In this document: one piece after another, positions 18,863 through 27,923 of the stretch | Layout of the letters: each line of letters opens with the position of its first letter | How positions within the stretch are numbered: position 1 is the stretch's first letter | Source of the DNA: an uncultured Bacilli bacterium | Lineage (GTDB): Bacteria; Bacillota_I; Bacilli_A; RF39; UBA660 | Direction: 5' to 3' | Assembly: GCA_947623825.1 (NCBI GenBank) | Contig: CANQHQ010000003.1 | Span: 4,220-68,219, forward strand | DNA length: 64,000 bases | Translations under genes and position numbers: made by a program | Notes under the pieces: generated by a model | What the model was told of the DNA's origin: nothing | Seen by the model: only the letters and a program-made list of their open reading frames with translations | The model's database searches: none

Positions 18863-20005
18863 GTTTGTCATCTTTTCCATGAGGGAAAATTTTTGATTGA
18901 AAAATTGCCAAATCGTCTTTACTAACGCAATGATTGGAGTCGATAAAATCATTCCTATGATGCCAAAGAAGTTTCCAAATACTAGTAAACCAAGCATAAT
19001 TGTTACTGGATGAAGTTTCATTGTTTTTCCCATGACTAATGGTTGTAGGAAATAACTTTCCAATAATTGGGCAATGACTACGGCAATAAAAGTACAAAGT
19101 CCTGTCATCGGATTCATAGAGAATCCTACTAATACGGCAGGGATTCCTCCGATATATGGTCCAATATAAGGAATAATATTGGTTACGGCACAGAATAGTC
19201 CAAATACCATTGGGGCTTTTAATCCAGCGATGGCTAAAGCAACCGATTGGAATAGGAAGAGAATTGCCATAATACGCAAGGTTCCTTCGACATAACTTCG
19301 TAAATTTCCATTTAACTTGTCGACGAGTTCCCTTGTATCTGCGCGATATCTCTTTGGTAGAAGATTCAATAAGTGTTCTTTCACATTTCCAAAATCAAAC
19401 AACATATAGAATCCAACCAAAAGTCCAATTAGAAGATTGACTCCTCCTGTAAGAATATTACTAACCATCGACATGATTTTGGTTGGAAGTCCGACGGTTA
19501 ACGAATTTCCTAATTTATTAATTGAATCATAGAATCCTACTTGTACTTCCTTTAGATCATATCCTGTGGAACTTGTTAATTCATCAAAAATACCATCTGC
19601 CCACTCTTTAATATCATTGAAAAATCCTGGGGCTGAAGCAATTAAGTCATTTAATTGTTGTCCAATCATCGGAATCATCATGTATAAAATTAAAATAATC
19701 AATGCGATTAAAATTACATAAATGAAAATGACTCCTAAGGTTCGATTGACTCCTTTTTTCTCTAATGTTTTTACCATCGGATCAAATAACCATGCGAGAA
19801 ATAATCCAATGAAAAACGGAGAAATGATTTTTAAAATTCTTCCTATTATCCCAAAAATTTTCAATTCTCCCATCAATTTGATTGTAATGTATGCCAGTAA
19901 AGCGATGGAAAGAAAAAGAATAATTTTTAATAAGGAAACACCAATACTGATTCCTTCGTTTAATTTTTTATAGTCGACGGAATCGTCTTTTCGTTTGACA
20001 AACAT
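18860..20005 (-). CDS. AI-2E family transporter (PerM/YdiK/UPF0118-type membrane protein)
   Basis: 381 aa with about 8 transmembrane segments. The family-typical C-terminal region reads PYIGPYIGGIPAVLVGF...ALVKTIWQFF. Shine-Dalgarno GAGGTGG. Confidence 0.75.
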   Translation of the reverse strand: MFVKRKDDSVDYKKLNEGISIGVSLLKIILFLSIALLAYITIKLMGELKIFGIIGRILKIISPFFIGLFLAWLFDPMVKTLEKKGVNRTLGVIFIYVILIALIILILYMMIPMIGQQLNDLIASAPGFFNDIKEWADGIFDELTSSTGYDLKEVQVGFYDSINKLGNSLTVGLPTKIMSMVSNILTGGVNLLIGLLVGFYMLFDFGNVKEHLLNLLPKRYRADTRELVDKLNGNLRSYVEGTLRIMAILFLFQSVALAIAGLKAPMVFGLFCAVTNIIPYIGPYIGGIPAVLVGFSMNPMTGLCTFIAVVIAQLLESYFLQPLVMGKTMKLHPVTIMLGLLVFGNFFGIIGMILSTPIIALVKTIWQFFNQKFSLMEKMTN

Positions 20006-20103
20006 TTTTCCACCTCGTTCGAGTTCATTATATCATAGTTTATGTCTTTTGGTTTTGAAATGACAATTTTCCAAGGTGCCTTGTCTTTATTTTACAGTTT
20101 TTT

Positions 20104-20135
20104 TCAAAAAAAGAGATACTTTTTTCGTATCTCTT
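20104..20135 (-). terminator. Rho-independent terminator after the small CDS
   Basis: AAGAGATAC / GTATCTCTT, a 9-bp stem. On the minus strand it is followed by TTTTTGAAAAAAA. Confidence 0.5.
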
Positions 20136-20153
20136 TCGCTCTAGATAGAGCCT

Positions 20154-20324
20154 TTACATCATATTTTCAATACTTTTTTCCATATCTTTTGTCATGTTTT
20201 TCATGCCCTTTTTCATGTCATCTGCACAATCTGGGCACATTTTCTTATACATGCACCAAGCACCGTATCCACTAAGTGCAAGCCCTAACATAACTCCGCC
20301 GATGATACTTCCTTTTTTCATCAT
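20154..20324 (-). CDS. Small hydrophobic Cys-containing protein (56 aa). Not in the ORF track.
   Basis: Hand translation of the minus strand: MMKKGSIIGGVMLGLALSGYGAWCMYKKMCPDCADDMKKGMKNMTKDMEKSIENMM. Shine-Dalgarno AAAGAGGTGATA directly upstream. A terminator hairpin lies downstream. Confidence 0.45.
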   Translation of the reverse strand: MMKKGSIIGGVMLGLALSGYGAWCMYKKMCPDCADDMKKGMKNMTKDMEKSIENMM

Positions 20325-20405
20325 TATCACCTCTTTATTAAAAATATGATCAGTATATTTCTATACCATTTGTAGTATGTTCTCTTTTTCTTTTTTTATG
20401 TAATT

Positions 20406-22598
20406 TTAAGTTATATTTTCAATGATTCTTTCTTTTAGTGTCGTTCTTCGCTCTGCGGAATCATTATTTCGAATGGCTAATTCTAAAGCTTCTAATTCGC
20501 CAATTAAATATAACTTTTTTTTGCATCGCGTTACGGCAGTATAAATAAGTTTTCGATAAAGCATTTTTCCATAGCCTTTTACAATTGGAAGAATCACTGT
20601 ATCGAATTCACTTCCTTGACTTTTATGAATACTGATGGCATACGCATGTTTAAATTTGTTAAAATTGGCACTGGTATAGCGAACGAGATTGCCATCAAAG
20701 TCAATTACAATTTCTTTTTTCGTTCCATTTTCAATCGATTCAATGATACCGATATCTCCATTAAATACGTTCTCTTCTGGAAGATTTGTCAATTGAATGA
20801 CTTTGTCCTTTTCTCGGAATAATACATCGTTGATAAGAAGTTCTTTTTTCTTCTTTTCTTTGGGATTGAATACTTCTTGTAAGCATACATTGAAGGCATC
20901 GATGCCATGAATGGTTTTATACATCGGGATTAATACTTGAAACGATTCCGTTTGATTTTTATAGGCTTCACTTACCTCTAAAATTTTATTTTTTAAATTG
21001 TTACTTGGAACAGGAATAAAAGTCAAATCCTCGTTTTTATTAAAAATGGTTGGGTCGAGACGATCCTCGTTAATTTGATAGGCAAGAGAAATGATATTTG
21101 AATTTTCTTTTTGACGATAGAGTTCCTTGAGACGAATGACATGTAGTTTTTCGCTTTCAATCATATCCTTTAGTATTTGCCCGGTTCCTACACTTGGTAA
21201 TTGATTATAGTCTCCTACTAAAATCAATTTGGTGTCGTATCGTAATCCTTTCAACAAATGATCAAAAAGCAAGGTATCTACCATACTAAATTCATCGATG
21301 ATTACCATCTTGGCCTCGCTTTTAGAAAATTCATTGACCGCAAACTTGTTGTTTTCTTTGTTCCATTTCAAGAAGCGATGAATGGTTAAGGCTGGTAGAT
21401 GAGTCGATTCACTGATTCGTTTACTTGCTCTTCCGGTAGGCGCTAACAAAGCGATTTCTTTGATAAGACTTTCATAGGATAACTTTTTGGTTCGTTGATA
21501 CATTTCACAAATCGCCCGAATGATGGTGGTTTTTCCAGTACCTGGTCCTCCTGTGATGATTAAAATATTTTTTGAGAACGATTCTTGGATGGCTTTTTGC
21601 TGTTCTTGATTGTAGGTACAATGGAACACCTCTGCTACTTCGGGAAGCAATTTTTCGATTTTCTTGTCGTACGTTTCCTCTTTTCGCATTAGGTAGCCAC
21701 ATCGTCTAGCGATATTTTCTTCGGCTTCATAAAATTCTTTTAAATAATAGAGATGATTTTTTTCAATGACTTTGATCTCTTGAATTAATTCTTCTAAGGC
21801 GGTATCAAAATCATGGTTACCAATCTCATTTCCTAAGAGGCGAATCACATAGGAAAAAATCTCTTGGGCTTCTAGGCAACTGTGACCATAGAGGTTACAA
21901 ACTTCTCCCATGACATAGAGGATAGCTGCCATAATTCTTCGGTGATCATCTCGTTTACTATCTTCTTGTTTTAAAAAGATGGTATCTACTTTACGGAAAG
22001 TAATTTCTTCAATTTCTTCCATGAAACGATAAATATTCTCCTGAAGAATGGTTTCTGTTTGACTTTTATATTTGTTGTAAATGATGAGACTATCTTTGGT
22101 AGTGAACCCTAATTCGTTTAATTTTAATACCGTTTGATAACTGGATTCATACTCGACTAAAGTATCATGAAGCGTCATGATTTGTTTCTTGGTTATTGAG
22201 GGAACGAGAAGTAAATTACTCGGATTTTCTAGAATCACAGAAAAGGTATCCTTTCCTAGACAATCGACGATGTTTTTCGCAGTTTTCTCTCCGATTCCTT
22301 TGAATAACCCACTACATAAAAAATCAACCATGGAATCTTTTTCTTCTGGAAGGACACGTTCGTAATTTTCTACTTGAAATTGTTCTCCATACTTTTCATG
22401 TTCCACTAGTTTTCCATAAAAAAGATAGTTGTCTTCTTCTTTGAGTTCATGAAAATAACCGGTAAAGGGAATGGTGTGATTGATGTAGAATTCTAATTCT
22501 TCTCGATTGGTTTCTTTTACTTTGAAAAGACCGACGATATATCCTTTGTCTGTCTTATAAATTGTCTTTTTAAAGGTCCCTTTGATGTAAGTTTCCAT
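20406..22598 (-). CDS. recD2: RecD2-type ATP-dependent DNA helicase (YrrC family)
   Basis: Walker A ITGGPGTGKTTIIRAI. Walker B LILVGDYNQLPSVG. C-terminal SIHKSQGSEFD motif. The ORF-track start (22631) is a GTG. The ATG at 22598 (METYIKGT...) has an AAAGGAGAA Shine-Dalgarno and is preferred. Confidence 0.85.
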   Translation of the reverse strand: METYIKGTFKKTIYKTDKGYIVGLFKVKETNREELEFYINHTIPFTGYFHELKEEDNYLFYGKLVEHEKYGEQFQVENYERVLPEEKDSMVDFLCSGLFKGIGEKTAKNIVDCLGKDTFSVILENPSNLLLVPSITKKQIMTLHDTLVEYESSYQTVLKLNELGFTTKDSLIIYNKYKSQTETILQENIYRFMEEIEEITFRKVDTIFLKQEDSKRDDHRRIMAAILYVMGEVCNLYGHSCLEAQEIFSYVIRLLGNEIGNHDFDTALEELIQEIKVIEKNHLYYLKEFYEAEENIARRCGYLMRKEETYDKKIEKLLPEVAEVFHCTYNQEQQKAIQESFSKNILIITGGPGTGKTTIIRAICEMYQRTKKLSYESLIKEIALLAPTGRASKRISESTHLPALTIHRFLKWNKENNKFAVNEFSKSEAKMVIIDEFSMVDTLLFDHLLKGLRYDTKLILVGDYNQLPSVGTGQILKDMIESEKLHVIRLKELYRQKENSNIISLAYQINEDRLDPTIFNKNEDLTFIPVPSNNLKNKILEVSEAYKNQTESFQVLIPMYKTIHGIDAFNVCLQEVFNPKEKKKKELLINDVLFREKDKVIQLTNLPEENVFNGDIGIIESIENGTKKEIVIDFDGNLVRYTSANFNKFKHAYAISIHKSQGSEFDTVILPIVKGYGKMLYRKLIYTAVTRCKKKLYLIGELEALELAIRNNDSAERRTTLKERIIENIT

Positions 22599-22668
22599 GT
22601 CGTTCTCCTTTCTCTTGATAAAGAAAGGCACCTTAGTTTTCTAAAGTGCCCCTTTTTCTTTTTTTGTT

Positions 22669-22914
22669 TTAAGATTTTAAGTTCTTTTCTATTAATAAGT
22701 TCAACGCATGATCGACTTCTCCCTCATCCTTTAAAGGAACGAGGTAGTTTTCATCATTTTCGGCATTCTGTTTGGTTACTTCTTTGCGAATGCAAATATC
22801 TTCGTTGTCCTTGATATTCGAAAGATATACGTAGAAGCCACCTTCGGTTTCAATTTTGTCAATTACCGCATAGTTTTCATTATCTTCTAAAGGAATAATC
22901 GTATTATTTACCAT
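22669..22914 (-). CDS. DUF1292 (YrzB-like) family protein
   Basis: MVNNTIIPLEDNENYAVIDKIETEGGFYVYL...EDENYLVPLKDEGE matches the pattern of the YrzB/DUF1292 family. I trimmed the start to the ATG that has a GGAGGAAAG Shine-Dalgarno; the listed 22986 start lacks one. Confidence 0.65.
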   Translation of the reverse strand: MVNNTIIPLEDNENYAVIDKIETEGGFYVYLSNIKDNEDICIRKEVTKQNAENDENYLVPLKDEGEVDHALNLLIEKNLKS

Positions 22915-22915
22915 T

Positions 22916-23464
22916 TTACTTTCCTCCTTTACTGTTGGCTTCATCCATATCGATATTTTGAGATACAACTTGACGTACCGCATCATCCGTTAAGCGACGA
23001 TAATTTCCATTTTCATCCGGTCCTGCCCCTACATTAATTCCTAAAAAGTAATCTTCTGGATTTTCTTGGACAAGGGTTTCTTTTGTCTCTTTGATTTGAC
23101 CTAATGTTTCGGCATCCTGTTTGACTTTTTCCATCCAACTCATTTCGTCGGAATGACTCGACTCTCCGGTTTCTTGGGCGTAAACTTGATGATACGTATC
23201 TAGGGCATTCATATCGGAAGCACCTTTGATTGTTACTGCACCCATGGCAATTAATAGAGCGACCGCAAGAGCATTCTTTCTAAATTCCGCCATTTTCGAA
23301 CTTTTCCCTACTCTCGTCTCTCCATGAACTCGGATTTCTTGCCCTTGAGTAGAACGATTCACGATACGGGCTTTTAATCCATCTAAATCTCTTCCATTCA
23401 AATAATCTTCTACGTGCTTTCTCGCAATTTCTTCTTTTGTCATGTTTACTAAAGATTCATCCAT
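22916..23464 (-). CDS. Hypothetical single-pass membrane protein
   Basis: 182 aa. One transmembrane segment (ALAVALLIAMGAVTI). Shine-Dalgarno GGTGAT. I recognised no domain. Confidence 0.45.
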   Translation of the reverse strand: MDESLVNMTKEEIARKHVEDYLNGRDLDGLKARIVNRSTQGQEIRVHGETRVGKSSKMAEFRKNALAVALLIAMGAVTIKGASDMNALDTYHQVYAQETGESSHSDEMSWMEKVKQDAETLGQIKETKETLVQENPEDYFLGINVGAGPDENGNYRRLTDDAVRQVVSQNIDMDEANSKGGK

Positions 23465-23521
23465 TGATTATCACCATTATCATTATAAGATATTTTTTTT
23501 GAGAAAACAAGACAGTTTTCA

Positions 23522-24790
23522 TCATTTTGCGATACAGTATGGATATTTTATGTCTTGAATTGTGACAGAAACCACTTCTTCTTGTTGATGTCGTTCTGGT
23601 ATTTTTACGAGAAGAAAATTACTCGTGTGACCGATGCTTTCTTTTTCTTCTCCTCGTTCTATCAATACTTCTACTTCTTTTCCTAACGATTGTCTCATAT
23701 AGGCTTCTTCCAATTCTTTTGACAATTCGACAAGGCGATTGACTCGTTCCTTTTTTGTTTTTCCATCTATTTGATTTGGCATTTTAGCAGCCGCCGTTCC
23801 CTTTCTCATCGAATAAGGAAACACGTGGATTTTAGAAAAAGCCATCTCTTTACAGAAATCGTAACTTTCCTGAAACCATTCTTCTGTTTCTCCTGGAAAT
23901 CCGACAATCACATCCGTCGAAATCGAAATTTGAGGGCGGATGGCACGAATTTCCGCGATTTTCTTTCGATAATCCTCTTTGTGATATTTTCGATTCATCC
24001 GTTTCATGATTTCTTCGCTTCCTGATTGAAGTGGAACGTGGAGATGATCCGCAATGATTTTGGAATTTTTTAAAATTGCCAACACCCGGTCATTTAGTTC
24101 TGTAATTTCAATCGAAGAAATTCGAACGCGATACAAATTTGGGATTTGAATGATACGTTCTAATAAGTCGGCAAAATCGGTATCTAAATCTCTCCCATAA
24201 TTTCCTGTATGAATTCCCGTCAAGACAATTTCTTTGTAGCCATTTTGAACCAAACTTGTAATCTCTTCGATGACACGATCCGGGTCCTTGCTTCGACACT
24301 TACCACGGACATACGGAATGATACAGTACGTACAGTAATTTTCACATCCGTCTTGAATTTTGACAAATGCTCTCGTCTTACTCGAAAAAGAATGAATCTC
24401 CATATTTTCAAATTTGGTACCTAAATCTTCGTACAAATCGCGAATCTCGTTTCGTTCGCGAAAGAAGGTTTCGACCAAATCTACGATTTTACTTTTATCC
24501 TTGTTTCCGACCAGAATATCTACTCCCTCGATGGAAAGGTCTTTATTGGCCTCGATAAAACATCCCATCGCCACGACACAAGCATCTTTTTTTCGACGAA
24601 TGGCTTGATGAATCATCTTTCGACTTTTGACATCGGCCATATTGGTGACACTACAGGTATTGATAATGTAGACATCACAAGAATCGGTAAAAGGAACGAT
24701 TTCATATCCTCGTTCTTGAAACAAGTTCATTACATATTCACTTTCATACGCGTTGACTTTACAACCTAAGGTCATCATTCCTACTTTCAT
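23522..24790 (-). CDS. mtaB: MiaB-family radical SAM tRNA methylthiotransferase (MtaB/YqeV-like)
   Basis: N-terminal MTTase domain TLGCKVNAYESE. Radical SAM segment CENYCTYCIIP, which matches the CxxxCxxC triad. C-terminal TRAM-like segment. 422 aa. Confidence 0.8.
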   Translation of the reverse strand: MKVGMMTLGCKVNAYESEYVMNLFQERGYEIVPFTDSCDVYIINTCSVTNMADVKSRKMIHQAIRRKKDACVVAMGCFIEANKDLSIEGVDILVGNKDKSKIVDLVETFFRERNEIRDLYEDLGTKFENMEIHSFSSKTRAFVKIQDGCENYCTYCIIPYVRGKCRSKDPDRVIEEITSLVQNGYKEIVLTGIHTGNYGRDLDTDFADLLERIIQIPNLYRVRISSIEITELNDRVLAILKNSKIIADHLHVPLQSGSEEIMKRMNRKYHKEDYRKKIAEIRAIRPQISISTDVIVGFPGETEEWFQESYDFCKEMAFSKIHVFPYSMRKGTAAAKMPNQIDGKTKKERVNRLVELSKELEEAYMRQSLGKEVEVLIERGEEKESIGHTSNFLLVKIPERHQQEEVVSVTIQDIKYPYCIAK

Positions 24791-24818
24791 GTTCTCACCT
24801 CAAAGCCCTCTTATTGTA

Positions 24819-27800
24819 TCATAACTTTTGAAATTTTTCATCTAAAACCGAGTATAAATAGATGTTTGTTTTCTTTCCTGTCTGGCTTTCTACATAGGTC
24901 CGATATCCTTCCAATTGTTTTTGATAAGCCATATCTGTCATCTGTTTTAATTTGTAATCGATGATATCCGCATGATTTTCATAGACGAGGAGTAAATCGA
25001 TAATCCCATGTTTGGTACTTTCTTTTTGATCGATAAATTCGTATTCTTTATAGATTTCTGCATCTTGGATTTGATCCAATAGTGGTTGTCCTAAGAAGGC
25101 TTGGATTTTCTTCGTAAGGAAAGGAGAAAGTCCTTCATAATTCGGATTTTTAAAGTCGATGGATTCCAAAACTTCGTGAACTTGCGTTCCAAATTTCATC
25201 TTGTTTTGGGTTTCTTTTGATAATAAGGTTGCAACTTCTTTCGAGAATTTTTCCTCTTTCTCTTCCTCTTCTTTGATTTCAATGTCTTCGAAGGAAACTT
25301 TTTCGTTCTTTTTTTCTATCCAATCCGCGAGATTTTTACTATTTCTTTTTTTGTAATCGAGGGACATAGGAATCGTAGAAAGATCGATAGGTACGCGATA
25401 GTCGGATATCTCTTCATAGATACTTTTCAAGAATTCTAGGAAAGAGTTATATTTTAATCTTCTCGTATCATCGACTTTGCCACTAGAAACATGAGAAGTT
25501 TCTTCCTTTAAATCGACCACAAAAATCATCTTTTCTTTGCTTCTCGTTAGGGCGACATAAAACAAACGAATCTTTTCACTAATTTCATCCGCATCATACT
25601 TTTCTTTATAAAGAGTCTTATAGATGGTTTCTCCATACCCCTCTTTAAAATAAGGGGTCATGATGCCATACGTTTCATCAAAAAGAATTTTTTCTTTAAG
25701 TTCTTTGACGTTAAACTTCTCATAAAGTCCGGTAAAATAACAAATCGGATACTCGAGTCCTTTCGATTTATGAATGGTCATAATTTTGACACTGTCGTTC
25801 GATTCTTTGTTGGCTGGTATCTTGATTGGTTCTTCACTGTCGATGGTTTCCACCAAATAATTTTGGAAGTCTTCGAGCGAATACCCTGCCTTCTTCAAAG
25901 TAGCGGCATTTTGAATGATATATTCTAGGTTATTCGTAGCGAGTTCTACATTCCCTGTTTTCATTCCTTTTTTATAAAATCCAAAGGCATCGATGATGTG
26001 CGATAAAAAGTTTTCAATATCCAAAGAATTGAGTAGAGGAAGAAGCGATACTACTTGTTGATACAATGCGGTTTCTTGATAGTTTTTTTCTTTCATTACT
26101 GAGAAAAGTTCTCGATCGGTCATTTCAAAAAGATAACTTCTTCCGATACTGAAAAAGGCATAACGAAATTCTTCGTCTAATTCTTTCTTTTCTATTTTTA
26201 AGAATAACGTAATTAAGTTTTTAATGAGATAGATTTCGATTTGATCTTTGATATTTTCATCTTTCCAAATCGTAAGAGGAATTTGTTCGTATTCAAAGAT
26301 CTTTTTATATAATTCAAATTTACTTCCTCGATCCATTAAAATTACAAAGTCTTCGTATTTCACATCTCTTAAAATTTTTTCTTCTTTGTCAAAGATTTGG
26401 TAGTGGCTTTCTACTTTTTTCTTAATATCGTTCGCTACGATAAACGCTTCGATTTCAGGCCTTGTAAATTCACTTTCTTTTTCGTAGGTATAGTCGTACA
26501 TTTCCATGTCGTATTTCTGGGTTGTCTTCCCTTCTTCGAGATAGGATTGATTTCCAAACACCATGCGATGACTAATCGAGTAGTCTGCTCCTCCAAACTG
26601 ATTATCCATAATGTAATCAAAGATATAATTGATATTTTCTAGGACTTCTTTTCGACTACGAAAGTTTTTGACTAAATCGATTTTGTAACCATCGGCTCCG
26701 TTCGCATAATGGTCGTATTTTTCTTTGAAGATATAAGGGTTGGCATTACGAAAGCGATAGATGGATTGTTTGATATCCCCCACCATATAGACATTTTGAT
26801 TTCCAATGAGGCGAATCAAATCTTCCTGTAAGTCACTGGTGTCCTGGTATTCATCAATCATAATTTCAGAGAAGGTATTTTTTAATTCTTCTCGAATTGA
26901 AGCATTTTCTTTCACGAGACGAATGGCCAATTTACTGATATCGACAAATTCGTAAACATCTCGTTCTTGTTTGTATGCCTGAATTTGAGTATCGAGTTGT
27001 TGAATGATTTGAATGATGACTTCGACGTCTTCTTTGGTCGAAAGAATCGTCTCTTTGATTTCTTGTCGATCTTGATAAATGGTTTTTTCATTGATTTCCT
27101 TTAGAATTTCTCCGATTCGTTCTTTGGCTTTTTTGGCAATCTCTCCACTTCCTCGTTCGATATTCGGCATAGAGACTTCACAACGATCATGAAATTCTTC
27201 ATACGTTTTCGCTTCGAGGATTCCTTGAAGAAGGTCTTCTAAATTTGCATAGTAGTCGCCACTTACCTCCGGCTTGATTTTCGCTAGTTCTTCCGGAATT
27301 TGATCTCGTAATCTTCCTAGATACTTTTCAAATTCCATAATGACTTTCTCTAGATTGTCTTCTTCAAAGCGGACGAAATAATGATTCAAGTAATCTTCTT
27401 TTTCATATTTCATATCTAACTTGTCGTTGATTTTTAAAATAGCCTTGCGGAGTTCTTTATCATCTTTGGTACAAAATTTACTGATGAAACGATCAAACTT
27501 GGCATCTTTTTTTTGATAAAACATTTCGAAAATGGCATCTAGTTTTTTCTTTTTGACAAGAGAAATGACATTTTCATCGATGATACTTACTTCTTTACGA
27601 ATATTTAAAACGGCATGGTATTTCCTTACAATCGCTAACGCAAAGGAATCAAAAGTAGTGATATAGGCTTTATCAATTTTCTCGACTTCTCGATCTAGAT
27701 GATGTTCCTTTATTTTTTTTCGAATTCGCATCATCATCTCATAAGCAGCGGCTTTGGTAAAAGTTAAAATGAGAAGAGAATCGACCGAAGTACCTCCTAA

Positions 27801-27923
27801 TACTTTGCGGAGGGCCCGTTCAGAAAGAACCGCCGTTTTTCCGCTTCCGGCTCCTGCGCTCACAATGATATTGGTTCCTTCTTTGTCAATGGCTTCTTGT
27901 TGTTCTTTGGTCCAATCAGGCAT
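24819..27923 (-). CDS. addA: ATP-dependent helicase/nuclease subunit A (AddA/RexA)
   Basis: UvrD-like N-terminus MPDWTKEQQEAI...SAGAGSGKTAVLSERA. 1034 aa with a C-terminal nuclease region. Adjacent to and overlapping addB. Confidence 0.9.
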   Translation of the reverse strand: MPDWTKEQQEAIDKEGTNIIVSAGAGSGKTAVLSERALRKVLGGTSVDSLLILTFTKAAAYEMMMRIRKKIKEHHLDREVEKIDKAYITTFDSFALAIVRKYHAVLNIRKEVSIIDENVISLVKKKKLDAIFEMFYQKKDAKFDRFISKFCTKDDKELRKAILKINDKLDMKYEKEDYLNHYFVRFEEDNLEKVIMEFEKYLGRLRDQIPEELAKIKPEVSGDYYANLEDLLQGILEAKTYEEFHDRCEVSMPNIERGSGEIAKKAKERIGEILKEINEKTIYQDRQEIKETILSTKEDVEVIIQIIQQLDTQIQAYKQERDVYEFVDISKLAIRLVKENASIREELKNTFSEIMIDEYQDTSDLQEDLIRLIGNQNVYMVGDIKQSIYRFRNANPYIFKEKYDHYANGADGYKIDLVKNFRSRKEVLENINYIFDYIMDNQFGGADYSISHRMVFGNQSYLEEGKTTQKYDMEMYDYTYEKESEFTRPEIEAFIVANDIKKKVESHYQIFDKEEKILRDVKYEDFVILMDRGSKFELYKKIFEYEQIPLTIWKDENIKDQIEIYLIKNLITLFLKIEKKELDEEFRYAFFSIGRSYLFEMTDRELFSVMKEKNYQETALYQQVVSLLPLLNSLDIENFLSHIIDAFGFYKKGMKTGNVELATNNLEYIIQNAATLKKAGYSLEDFQNYLVETIDSEEPIKIPANKESNDSVKIMTIHKSKGLEYPICYFTGLYEKFNVKELKEKILFDETYGIMTPYFKEGYGETIYKTLYKEKYDADEISEKIRLFYVALTRSKEKMIFVVDLKEETSHVSSGKVDDTRRLKYNSFLEFLKSIYEEISDYRVPIDLSTIPMSLDYKKRNSKNLADWIEKKNEKVSFEDIEIKEEEEKEEKFSKEVATLLSKETQNKMKFGTQVHEVLESIDFKNPNYEGLSPFLTKKIQAFLGQPLLDQIQDAEIYKEYEFIDQKESTKHGIIDLLLVYENHADIIDYKLKQMTDMAYQKQLEGYRTYVESQTGKKTNIYLYSVLDEKFQKL

